Notes: generated from the sequence alone by a model not told the origin. A DNA stretch of 64,000 nucleotides from Burkholderiales bacterium (GCA_049582045.1 JBAUTD010000559.1:11720-75719); one strand, 5' to 3'. Shown: positions 51,367 to 63,966, counted from the first letter of the stretch. Program-made: numbers and translations.

Positions 51367-51846
51367 CTAGTTGCACCACTGGCTTACGGCCTCGCGTGCC
51401 CGGGCGGTGTCCTGCGCTCTCTGGGCATCGTCGATAAAGTAGCGCTCGCCCTTGCTGTCGATCCGCATGATCCGCTGCCCGCTCTGGAGCGTTTCCAGCG
51501 ACTGCCGCGCGCTTTCGCAATTGACCTTCTTCTCCTCCGCCGCTTTGCGTTCCCGGTCCGCCTTGGCTGCGGCTTCCTGCCCTTCCTTCATGCGGCGCCG
51601 GAAATCGAGCTCCTGCTCTGCGGGGGTCAGCGGTCCGCGCTTGGCACCCTTGCCGCCGCCTGCTTCAGCGCTGGGCGCAGATTCGGCCGGCGGTGCAACG
51701 CCCTTCAGGGGCGTCACTTTTGTTGCGCCCTCGGGCGGAGTATCGCCGTACCCGACGTGTCCGCCGCTGTCCACCCACCTGTACGCCTGGGCATGCGCCG
51801 CGCCGACCGCGAACGCCGCAAGGGCAATCCATATCCATCGCTTCAT
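51367..51846 (-). CDS. secreted DUF4124-domain protein
   Basis: Signal peptide 'MKRWIWIALAAFAVGAAHA', then 'YRWVDSGGHVGYGDTPP', a charged linker and two Cys near the C-terminus. SD GAGGAGAG precedes ATG 51846. The remainder of the 575-aa track ORF is antisense to guaB. Confidence 0.8.
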   Translation of the reverse strand: MKRWIWIALAAFAVGAAHAQAYRWVDSGGHVGYGDTPPEGATKVTPLKGVAPPAESAPSAEAGGGKGAKRGPLTPAEQELDFRRRMKEGQEAAAKADRERKAAEEKKVNCESARQSLETLQSGQRIMRIDSKGERYFIDDAQRAQDTARAREAVSQWCN

Positions 51847-52000
51847 GCTCTCTCCTCGTGCCCCCGTCCCCGGGCCGGCACACGCCAAGCCTCCCGCAGA
51901 CACGATGACGGTATCGACTTTCACGGTGGTCGTCAAACGGCTGGCCCGGTCGTGAACTAGTTCCGCCATGCCGGCGCAGCCGACCGTCGCAGGCCTCGCG

Positions 52001-52006
52001 TATAAT
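52001..52006 (+). promoter_or_regulatory. candidate -10 hexamer for guaBA
   Basis: Perfect TATAAT 27 nt upstream of the guaB ATG. No good -35 at 17-18 nt (AGCCGA). Confidence 0.35.
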
Positions 52007-52032
52007 GCGTTTTTGCGAGAAAGGTAGCCTAA

Positions 52033-53493
<1,461 letters not shown>

Positions 53494-53500
53494 GAGCAGG

Positions 53501-55988
<2,488 letters not shown>

Positions 55989-56002
55989 CGCCCTCTCCGG
56001 GC

Positions 56003-56896
56003 TCAGCCGCCCAGGAACAGGCGGCCGACTTCGGGGTTCTGCAGCAGGTCGTCGCCCGTGCCGGCCAGCGCCAGCTGACCGGAGACAAGCACGTATCCCA
56101 GATCGGCGAACTCGAGGCCTTTCTTCGCGTTCTGCTCGACCATGAGGATGGTCTTGCCTTCGCGGTGCTGGAGGTCGTGCAGGATCTCGAACACCATGTC
56201 GATGAAGCGAGGCTCGAGGCCGATCGACGGTTCGTCGACCAGCAGCACGTCGGGTTCCATCACCAGGGCGCGGGAAATCTCGAGCAAGCGCCGCTCGCCG
56301 CCCGAGAGGACCTTGGCGGCGTGATGTCGGCGCGCAGCCAGGCGATCGTACTTGTCGAATACACGCTCCGCGGCGGCCTTTGCCTTTGCGTGGGAGTGCA
56401 GCAGGTATCCTCCCATTAACAGATTTTCCTCGACTGTCATGTTCGGGAACACGGACTTGTCCTGCAGGATGTAAGCGACTCGCGCCTCCTTCAGCTTGCG
56501 ATCAGAGGTGAGGTGCGTGATGTTACGCTTGTCGCTGCCTTGTCCGACGGTGATCTCCCCGCCATAGATCCGGGTAAATCCGTAGACGGAATGCAGTATG
56601 GTCGACTTGCCGGCTCCATTTGGCCCGATCAGGCATAGCGACTGCGCCCGTGCGACGTGCAGCGTGAAGTCGTGCAGGATTTCCATGTTGCCGTAGCCCG
56701 CACGCAGATTCCGGATCGAAAGGAACGGCTCATTGCCGGCCAGCGCGATCAGATTCGACTCGGGAATTTCGGAGCGCAGTTCCTCGGCCTGGCGTGCGAC
56801 GTCGTCGACGGACAGGACGACGTCCACCGAACCTTCGTGATAGCCCCCGGCAAGCGTAGTCTCCTTCGCCACGTCAGTGCGCTCCCAGGTAGGCAT
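56003..56896 (-). CDS. ABC transporter ATP-binding protein, LivF-like, with N-terminal extension
   Basis: Walker A 'GPNGAGKST', signature 'LSGGERRLLEISRA', Walker B 'LLVDEPSIG'. The start is ATG 56896 or GTG 56827. There is no canonical start near the core beginning at 'FLSIRNL'. Confidence 0.88.
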   Translation of the reverse strand: MPTWERTDVAKETTLAGGYHEGSVDVVLSVDDVARQAEELRSEIPESNLIALAGNEPFLSIRNLRAGYGNMEILHDFTLHVARAQSLCLIGPNGAGKSTILHSVYGFTRIYGGEITVGQGSDKRNITHLTSDRKLKEARVAYILQDKSVFPNMTVEENLLMGGYLLHSHAKAKAAAERVFDKYDRLAARRHHAAKVLSGGERRLLEISRALVMEPDVLLVDEPSIGLEPRFIDMVFEILHDLQHREGKTILMVEQNAKKGLEFADLGYVLVSGQLALAGTGDDLLQNPEVGRLFLGG

Positions 56897-57620
56897 CGAT
56901 CACACGCTGATCGTCGCGGATCTGCGCCGGCGTACCGCTTGCGAGCAATTCCCCGTGAGACATGCAGTAGATATGGTTCGCAAGGTTCATGATGACACGC
57001 ATGTTGTGCTCGATCACGAACAGTGTGATGCCGAATTCCTGGTTGGCGCGCTTGAGGCGGTCGATCAGGCCGTTAATCAGGGTCGGATTGATCCCGGCCG
57101 TTGGCTCGTCGAGCAGCAGCACCTTCGGTTCGTTCATGAGCGCCATTGCGAACTCGAGCAGCTTCTGCTGACCGAAGGACAGCGAACCGGCGACCAGCAT
57201 ACGTTTGGAATAGAGTCCAACGAACTCGAGCAATCGTTCGGCTTTATCGCTCACCTCGCGCGGATAGCGTCCGAACATGTTCTGCCAGGCATGTTCCCGG
57301 TGCGGTAGTGAAATCAGCAAATTCTGGATGCAGTCCATCTTCGCGAAAATGCGCGTCTGCTGGAAGGTGCGCAGCATTCCGAGCCGTGCAATCTGCTGCA
57401 CCGAGAGATGCGAGATTTCCCGCCCCTCGAACTGGATCGATCCCGCGTCGATCGGATGTTGGCCGACGATCGAGTTGAACAAGGTAGTCTTGCCCGAACC
57501 GTTCGGGCCGATCAGCCCGGTGATTCCGCCGGGCTCGACCTTGAGCGAGACATTCTGGTTGGCGACCACGCCACCGAACGCTTTGGTGACGTTACGCACT
57601 TCGATGATCGCTTCGCTCAT
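56874..57620 (-). CDS. ABC transporter ATP-binding protein, LivG-like
   Basis: 'IIEVRNVTKAFGG', Walker A 'GPNGSGKTT', 'LSFGQQKLLEFA' and 'LLLDEPTAG'. ATG 57620 overlaps the permease stop (ATGA). The track start at 57980 was rejected. Confidence 0.92.
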   Translation of the reverse strand: MSEAIIEVRNVTKAFGGVVANQNVSLKVEPGGITGLIGPNGSGKTTLFNSIVGQHPIDAGSIQFEGREISHLSVQQIARLGMLRTFQQTRIFAKMDCIQNLLISLPHREHAWQNMFGRYPREVSDKAERLLEFVGLYSKRMLVAGSLSFGQQKLLEFAMALMNEPKVLLLDEPTAGINPTLINGLIDRLKRANQEFGITLFVIEHNMRVIMNLANHIYCMSHGELLASGTPAQIRDDQRVIDAYLGAH

Positions 57621-58657
57621 GGCTTGCCGGCAGCCTTGGGCTCGGTTTCGACGCGCACGCCGAACCACTCGGGCTTGCGGTCCCGCAACCATCCCAAGAT
57701 TCCCTGCTGGAAGTAGACCACGTTGACGATGATAAGCACGCCAAGCGCGATGTACTGCCAGCCGAGCAGGTAAGTCCAGGTCAGCTCGCGCAAGGCGTAG
57801 AACAGCGTGGCACCGACGATCGGCCCCCAGAGCGTTCCTTTGCCCCCGAGCAACGCCATCGCGATCATAAAGATCCCGAAAGTAAGCGTGGGGTAGGCGG
57901 TTTCCAGAGGCTCGATGAATCCCGTCATATTTCCGAATAGCGCGCCAGCGATTCCGAGGAAGAATGCCGACACGGACCACGCAACCATCTTGTAGCGTCC
58001 GGTGTGCAGTCCAAGCGCCTCAGCCTTGTCCTCGTCATCTCGGATCGCGTTGATCGCCAGGCTGAAGCGCGTGCTGTAGAGCCAGCGTAGGAACAGGTAA
58101 CAGAGAACGGCTGCCAGCATGCATGCGCCGTAGAAGAATCTCTCTCGCATCCCGGGGCCGCCCGGGAACACTGGCATTGCGATTCCGCTGCCTCCGCCGA
58201 CCCAGCCCCAGGCACTGGTGAGTTCGGCCGCCGCGATGGCGACTCCAAGCGTGCCTATGGCGAAGTAGGGGCCGCGCAACCCGAACAGGATCCAGCTCAG
58301 GATGGCGGCCAAGATCATTGGCAGGATCGCAGCCAGGAGCACACCTAGCGCGAGACCGGTGTAGTACTGCTGATCGGTGAAATCGACCTTGATCGCGCCG
58401 GTGGCGGCGGTGTATTCGCCGACGTTGTACACGAGGGCGATCTGCACGATCGCGCAGATGTACATCCCGAAGCCGAAAAAGGTGATATTTCCCAGTGAGT
58501 TGTAACCCATCTGGCCGCCCATCGTGTCCCAGGTCTGCGCGAACAGCACGAAAATCCAGAAAATCGCGAACTGAACCGTATGCGCGGGAAACGCGAAGGG
58601 TGCCGCAATTCCGGCGGCAAGCAGGACGAGGTGGAGCGCGAGCGATTTTCGGGTCAT
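57617..58657 (-). CDS. branched-chain-amino-acid-type ABC permease, LivM-like
   Basis: 346 aa, multi-TM, with 'GQMGYNSLGNITFFGFGMY'. ATG 58657 overlaps the livH-like stop (ATGA). The upstream 299 aa of the track ORF run out of frame across livH. Confidence 0.88.
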   Translation of the reverse strand: MTRKSLALHLVLLAAGIAAPFAFPAHTVQFAIFWIFVLFAQTWDTMGGQMGYNSLGNITFFGFGMYICAIVQIALVYNVGEYTAATGAIKVDFTDQQYYTGLALGVLLAAILPMILAAILSWILFGLRGPYFAIGTLGVAIAAAELTSAWGWVGGGSGIAMPVFPGGPGMRERFFYGACMLAAVLCYLFLRWLYSTRFSLAINAIRDDEDKAEALGLHTGRYKMVAWSVSAFFLGIAGALFGNMTGFIEPLETAYPTLTFGIFMIAMALLGGKGTLWGPIVGATLFYALRELTWTYLLGWQYIALGVLIIVNVVYFQQGILGWLRDRKPEWFGVRVETEPKAAGKP

Positions 58658-59556
58658 TGGAGCGCCATCCGGTGGCGGCGCAATAGCGTTTGGCGCCAGA
58701 TGAGGATGATCAGCAGCAGGCCGACGACGGTTGCCTGCTGGAACTGGGCGCCCAGCACGAAGCCGCTGTACTGCTCTACCACTCCAAGGCCGAGCGCGGT
58801 CACGATCACGGCAGGAAAATTGCCCAACCCAGCCGCGGTCACGATGACGAACGCGCGCACGGAGTAGGCGATGCCGTAGAACGGCTGGATCACCCAGATC
58901 ATGGCAATGATCACTCCCGCCACGCCGCAAATCGCCGAGTTGATCGAGAACGTAAGCGCGTAGACCAGGTCTGTATTGACTCCGAGCACACGTGCCGCGC
59001 GCGGATCCTGAGCGGTCGCCCGAATCGCCTGACCCATCCGGCTCTTCCTCAGAAACAGGACCATGGCCACTGCCAGCACCGCGCACATCCCGAACGCAAT
59101 GACCCGGATCTGCGTAATGTCTACCATGCCGCCGAACATCTCGAACCGGCCGAAGCCGGACTTGAGCGTGCGCACATCGGGGCCGAATACCAGGTTCATC
59201 ACCTGTTGCATGGTGATTGCAAGACCGAACGTCGCGAGCAACGAGGTGAACAGGTCGAGCTGGATCACGCGACGGATGATCAGCTTGTAAATGAGCCAGC
59301 CGTAGCCGAACATCAGCGCGGCCACCGGCACGATCGCCACGATCGGGTGGATGCCGTGGCGCGACAGCTCGTAGCCGAGATAGCCGCCCAGCATCACGAA
59401 GTCGCCCTGGGCGAGGTTCTTGACGCTCGTCACGCCCCAGACCAGCGCAAGGCCGTAGGCGGCGAGGGCGAATACCGCCCCGATACTCAGGCCATTCAGC
59501 CACAGTTGAAGGTTGAATACCGGCGCGGTGCCGAGTATTTGAAGATTGTCCCACAT
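58654..59556 (-). CDS. branched-chain-amino-acid-type ABC permease, LivH-like
   Basis: 300 aa, multi-TM, with 'LNGLSIGAVFALAAYGLALVWG' and 'NLAQGDFVMLGGY'. Confidence 0.9.
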   Translation of the reverse strand: MWDNLQILGTAPVFNLQLWLNGLSIGAVFALAAYGLALVWGVTSVKNLAQGDFVMLGGYLGYELSRHGIHPIVAIVPVAALMFGYGWLIYKLIIRRVIQLDLFTSLLATFGLAITMQQVMNLVFGPDVRTLKSGFGRFEMFGGMVDITQIRVIAFGMCAVLAVAMVLFLRKSRMGQAIRATAQDPRAARVLGVNTDLVYALTFSINSAICGVAGVIIAMIWVIQPFYGIAYSVRAFVIVTAAGLGNFPAVIVTALGLGVVEQYSGFVLGAQFQQATVVGLLLIILIWRQTLLRRHRMALQ

Positions 59557-59566
59557 GAACGCAATC

Positions 59567-59591
59567 GCGCCGGCCCTGCGAGGGCCGGCGC
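59567..59591 (-). promoter_or_regulatory. intercistronic GC-rich hairpin between binding-protein and permease genes
   Basis: GCGCCGGCCCT-GCG-AGGGCCGGCGC: an 11-bp perfect stem with a 3-nt loop and no U-tract, inside the 67-nt gap. Confidence 0.6.
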
Positions 59592-59623
59592 GCCTAGGCT
59601 ACGTTAAGCAACGAAACGAGCGC

Positions 59624-60862
59624 TTACATCGGCGCTTTGCGCGGGTACACCACCGGCTCGGAGGCGTACTTGGTCGGCGCCACCACGACGTACTTGCCGT
59701 CCTGGATCTGGCGCAGCACCATCGGCTTGGCGATGTTGTTGCCTTCCGCGCTGAACTTGATGTTGCCGTAGAACGTTTGCATGTCGGTCGCAGCGAGCGC
59801 ATCACGCAGCTTCTCGGTATCGAAGCTCTGCGCCCGGCGGAACGCGTCAGCCCAGATCTCGATGACCGCCGAGGCTTGCGCAACCTGGTAGGGAACGATC
59901 TTGTACTCCTTGTGTGCGGCAAGGAACGCCTTGTTGAAGTCCATGGCCGTACCGAACACGTTGTCTTTGTACTTGAGCGTTTCGGCCCACTGAGTCGGGC
60001 AGAGGATGCCCTCGGACGCCGCGCCGAACTGGGAAGTCAGTTTGGCCGATTCACAGTGAGTCATGGCGACGATAGACGCGTTGACGCCCAGCTCCTTCAT
60101 TTGTCGCGCCGCAGTCGTTGCACCTTTCGTGTGTCCCGAAAACGCGAGGATGTCAGGCCTGAGGGCCTTGACCTTCGTGAGCGTGGCTGAGATGTCGCTC
60201 AAGTCGCGCGGCATCTTGTCGTCGACAACGATCTTCATGCCGTACTTCTTGGCCTCGTCGACGACCCCTTGCCGCACGTCGAGGGAGAACGGGTCGTTCT
60301 CGAACGCCATCCCGATCTTCAGATCGCTCGGATTCTTGCCGCTCTTCTGAGCCAGTTCCGCGGCGAGTTCGATGACCGGTGACAGGTACTGATCGGACGT
60401 CGAAAGGGCCGCGAACATGTAGCGATAGCCCTGCGTAAAGAGTGAGCGCGACGCTCCTTCAGCCTCAACCATCGGAATCTTGTACTTCTCGGTCACCGGC
60501 GCTGCCGCCTTGGTGGGGCCGGAGCCGTATGGGCCGAGAATGTACTTGATGCCGTCCTGGTTGATGATTCGCTCCAGGAGCTGAGCCGTACGGGCGGGAG
60601 TCGACTCGTCGTCGTAATACTTGACGGCCAGCTTGTAGGTCTTGCCGTTGATCTTGACGCCGCCCATCTCGTTGATGCGCTTGACGCCGAAGTTGTAGCC
60701 GTCGCTGGCGTTCTTGCCTTCCTGCGAGTACTTACCGGTGATCGAGATCGCCGAGCCGAGCGTGATCGTATCTTCCGCCGAGGCCTGGCCGGAAAACGCT
60801 AACGCAGCCGCGACGGCCGCTGCGCCTGTCAGGCGCGCAGTCTTAGAGCATAGAACCTTCAT
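59624..60862 (-). CDS. ABC transporter periplasmic substrate-binding protein (type 1 PBP, Leu/Ile/Val-binding family-like)
   Basis: Signal peptide 'MKVLCSKTARLTGAAAVAAALAFSGQASA' followed by 'ITLGSAISITGKYS'. SD AAGGAGG lies 5 nt before ATG 60862. The track start at 60943 was rejected. Confidence 0.88.
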   Translation of the reverse strand: MKVLCSKTARLTGAAAVAAALAFSGQASAEDTITLGSAISITGKYSQEGKNASDGYNFGVKRINEMGGVKINGKTYKLAVKYYDDESTPARTAQLLERIINQDGIKYILGPYGSGPTKAAAPVTEKYKIPMVEAEGASRSLFTQGYRYMFAALSTSDQYLSPVIELAAELAQKSGKNPSDLKIGMAFENDPFSLDVRQGVVDEAKKYGMKIVVDDKMPRDLSDISATLTKVKALRPDILAFSGHTKGATTAARQMKELGVNASIVAMTHCESAKLTSQFGAASEGILCPTQWAETLKYKDNVFGTAMDFNKAFLAAHKEYKIVPYQVAQASAVIEIWADAFRRAQSFDTEKLRDALAATDMQTFYGNIKFSAEGNNIAKPMVLRQIQDGKYVVVAPTKYASEPVVYPRKAPM

Positions 60863-60988
60863 GAGCTCCTCCTTTGGGATTATCTGCCTGTCTTGTGCAG
60901 GTTTTGCTGCTAGAGGTAGAACCTTAATACGAACATGTATCAACAGGCAAGCCGTGCGAGCGCGCCCACAGCCCGATGAGCGGGATTG

Positions 60989-61996
60989 TCAGCTGCCGCG
61001 AGCCCTGCGGGACAGCAGGGCCGTAACGGTGGCGCGAGATGGTGAGCGCAACACTTCGACTTCGGTGATAAGTCCGGTGACCAGCTCCGCGGGCGTAACG
61101 TCGAATGCGGGGTTTCGCACCGATACGCCCTCGGGTGCCCAGCGCGATCCGCGGTATCCCGTCACCTCGTCCGCAGGGCGTTCCTCGATCGGGATCGACG
61201 CGCCCTGCGCAATTGCGGGGTCGAAGGTCGACAGTGGCGCCGCGACGTAGAACGGCAGTCCGTGTCGCCGGGCGAGAACCGCCAGCGTGTAGGTCCCGAT
61301 CTTGTTGGCGACGTCGCCGTTGGCCGCAATGCGATCGGCGCCTACGATCAGCATGTCGACTTCACCGCGGTTCATCAGAAAGCCCGCCATGTTGTCGGTC
61401 ACCAGCGTAACGGGGATGCGCTCCTGCACCATTTCCCAGGCCGTCAAACGCGCCCCCTGCAGATACGGGCGGGTTTCATTGGCGACGACCGAGATGCGCT
61501 TACCCTGGTCGCGCGCCGAGCGCACCACGCCGAGCGCGGTGCCGTGGCCCGCGGTCGCGAGCGCCCCCGCGTTGCAGTGAGTCATGATGCGTGCGCCGTC
61601 GGCAACCAGGGCCGCGCCGCGCGCACCGATCGCCCGGTTGACCGCGAGATCCTCCTCGTAAATGGCGAGCGCTTCGTGTTCGAGGGCGGAGGCACCCCCT
61701 CGCGCCATTGCCTGGCGCATGCGCGCAAGTGCCCAGAAGAGATTCACCGCGGTGGGCCGGCTGTGCGCGAGCGCATCGAACGCCGCCTCCAACGCCGCGG
61801 GACGCGCGGACTCGAGCGCAATGCCGAAGGCGGCGGCGCAACCGATCGCCGGGGCCCCGCGAATTACCATGTCGCGGATCGCGCGCGCCGTATCGCCGGC
61901 GGTACGGCAAGTCAGGTATTCGATCTTCTCCGGCAACGCGCGCTGGTCGAGCAGCTCCAGCGTCTTGCCGGTCCAGCGCAGGGTGTCGACGCCCAT
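60989..61996 (-). CDS. mtnA: S-methyl-5-thioribose-1-phosphate isomerase
   Basis: 335 aa: 'LELLDQRALP', 'MVIRGAPAIG' and 'VGADRIAANGDVANKIGTY'. ATG 61996 shares 1 nt with the upstream stop. The 471-aa track ORF was trimmed. Confidence 0.9.
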   Translation of the reverse strand: MGVDTLRWTGKTLELLDQRALPEKIEYLTCRTAGDTARAIRDMVIRGAPAIGCAAAFGIALESARPAALEAAFDALAHSRPTAVNLFWALARMRQAMARGGASALEHEALAIYEEDLAVNRAIGARGAALVADGARIMTHCNAGALATAGHGTALGVVRSARDQGKRISVVANETRPYLQGARLTAWEMVQERIPVTLVTDNMAGFLMNRGEVDMLIVGADRIAANGDVANKIGTYTLAVLARRHGLPFYVAAPLSTFDPAIAQGASIPIEERPADEVTGYRGSRWAPEGVSVRNPAFDVTPAELVTGLITEVEVLRSPSRATVTALLSRRARGS

Positions 61997-63966
61997 CAGA
62001 CCACGCGCTCGTTGCCGCCGTCGACCGGAATCTGCGCGCCCGTGGTTTTCGCGAACAGCGGCCCGCACAACTCCGCGGCGAGCTCGGCCACGTCCCTCGA
62101 CGCAACTTCGGTCCGTAGGAGGTTGTTGCGCTTGTACTGCTCGACGCTGAGCTTGTAGGCCGCGGCCCGCGCGGCCAGCAGCTCGTCGGTCCACAGCGCG
62201 GTGTCGTATACCGCGTTGGGATGCAGCGAGTTGACGCGAATGCCGTCCTTGCCCCATTCGAGCGCCGCCACTCGCGCCAACTGATTGAGCGCGGCCTTGG
62301 AGGCCGAATAGGCCGCGGCGCCGGGACCCGGTGCCGGAACGTTCTTGGAGCCGATCACCACGATGCGTCCACCGCGCGGCGAGGTCTTCATCAGCGCATG
62401 GCACGCCTGCATGACGTTCAGGTTGGCTTCGACATTTATCGCCATTGTGCTGTGCCAGGTCTGAGCCGAGATGTCCTGGATCGGCTGCGACGAAGGAAAG
62501 ATGCCTGCGTTCAGCACCAGCATGTCAATGCCGCCGTAACGCTTCACGGCATTGCACAGCGCCGCGTCGACCGCGTGCGCGTCGGTGACGTCGCAGGCAA
62601 TTCCGGCGAAATCCGGGCGCGTCCACATGGTTTCGATTGCAAGGTTGCGATCGAGTCCCACGACGGCCGCACCTCGCTTCAAGAACGCCTCGACGCAGGC
62701 CTTTCCGATCCCCGAGGCGGCGCCGGTCACCAGCGCGACTTCGCCGGCGAACAGCGGCGGCGCGCCCGCCTTGCGCAGCTTCGCCTGCTCCAGATCCCAG
62801 TACTCGATGTCGAAGACGTCGCGCTCGCCGACCGCCTGCCAACCGCCCAGCAACTCGGCGCGCAGGATGACGTCGATCGTGTGGTCGTAGAGCTCCTCGA
62901 TGATCGCAGCATCTCGTGCCGTTCGGCCGGCCGCGGCAAACCCCAGCGTCGGGTCCAGCGCCATGCGCGGCGCGGGGTCCAGCATGGTCTTGTTCTCTTT
63001 CGCCCGCGCGGCATTGCGCTCGAAATAGTCGCGGTAGCCGCGTGCGTATGCCTGCACGTCGAATCCGAGCATTGGCAAAGGCTTGGTGCGAATCACGTGA
63101 TCCGGTGTTGCCGGCCCGCGCTGCGAAAGGCGGCCGAGCTCCGGGTGCTGCGCGAACGAGAGGAATTTGGGCGAATCGTTAACTTTGAGAATCATGGGTG
63201 CGCCGGCGAGGTCCGAAATCGCACGCCGCAATCCGGCAATTGCCTCGCGCGAGGCAGTCGCCGGCTGCGCCGCTGGCGGGCTCACGTTCCATGCCTTGTT
63301 CGCCGCGAGATAGTCCTCGGCCATCGACACGAGCCTGATCATGCGCTCGTAGGACTCCCTGGCGTCGGCCCCGAACGAGAATACGCCGTGCGACAGCAGC
63401 ACCATGCCGATGGTCCGCGGGCCCGCGTGGGTGGCGAACTCGCGCGCGCAATGGGCCGCGAGATCGAATCCGGCCATGATGTAGGGGATGACCACGACCA
63501 GGTCGCCGTAGATCTCTCGCACGCGCTGCTCGCCGCGCGGCGCGTTGCTGATCGAAAGCACCGCGTCGGCGTGGGTGTGGTCGACGTAGGCGTGCGGCAG
63601 GATCGCGTGCAGGATCGTCTCGACGGAGGGCGAGGGCGCGCCCGCGCGCAGCGTGTGCGTGTTCAACTCGTTGACCATCTGCGGATCGGACAGCGCGGAC
63701 AGCTGCGCCAGGCGCCGGACGTAATCGAGCGCAACGGGAGTGAACCCGGCGGCCTCGATCGTCTCGAGATCCCATCCGCTGCCTTTCACATAGAGCACGT
63801 CGTCAGACGTGCCAAAGAGGTTTGTCTCGCGCAGTTTTACCGAAGTGTTTCCCCCGCCGTGAAGGACGAGCGTCCGGTCCGTTCCCAACAGCCGAGACGT
63901 GTAGACCCGCGGGCCGAGCGGGCCTGAATACCGCGCTGCTTCGGAATCGTTCCAGAGACTGCGCAT
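61996..63966 (-). CDS. bifunctional class II aldolase/adducin-domain protein fused to short-chain dehydrogenase/reductase
   Basis: N-terminal 'LHGGGNTSVK', 'VKGSGWDL' and 'HAYVDHTHADAV'. C-terminal SDR with 'ALVTGAASGIGKA', 'LNAGI' and 'YSASKAAL'. 656 aa. Confidence 0.88.
   Translation of the reverse strand: MRSLWNDSEAARYSGPLGPRVYTSRLLGTDRTLVLHGGGNTSVKLRETNLFGTSDDVLYVKGSGWDLETIEAAGFTPVALDYVRRLAQLSALSDPQMVNELNTHTLRAGAPSPSVETILHAILPHAYVDHTHADAVLSISNAPRGEQRVREIYGDLVVVIPYIMAGFDLAAHCAREFATHAGPRTIGMVLLSHGVFSFGADARESYERMIRLVSMAEDYLAANKAWNVSPPAAQPATASREAIAGLRRAISDLAGAPMILKVNDSPKFLSFAQHPELGRLSQRGPATPDHVIRTKPLPMLGFDVQAYARGYRDYFERNAARAKENKTMLDPAPRMALDPTLGFAAAGRTARDAAIIEELYDHTIDVILRAELLGGWQAVGERDVFDIEYWDLEQAKLRKAGAPPLFAGEVALVTGAASGIGKACVEAFLKRGAAVVGLDRNLAIETMWTRPDFAGIACDVTDAHAVDAALCNAVKRYGGIDMLVLNAGIFPSSQPIQDISAQTWHSTMAINVEANLNVMQACHALMKTSPRGGRIVVIGSKNVPAPGPGAAAYSASKAALNQLARVAALEWGKDGIRVNSLHPNAVYDTALWTDELLAARAAAYKLSVEQYKRNNLLRTEVASRDVAELAAELCGPLFAKTTGAQIPVDGGNERVV

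Noticed and set aside
58658-59554. Upstream 299 aa of the 645-aa minus-strand ORF
   Set aside because: It runs out of frame over the livH-like permease, which has a clear multi-TM translation. The LivM-like gene starts at ATG 58657 with ATGA coupling.
62221-63927. 568-aa plus-strand ORF
   Set aside because: It is antisense to the aldolase-SDR gene. The translation is Arg/Gly/His-rich without motifs, whereas the minus strand has clear SDR and aldolase signatures.
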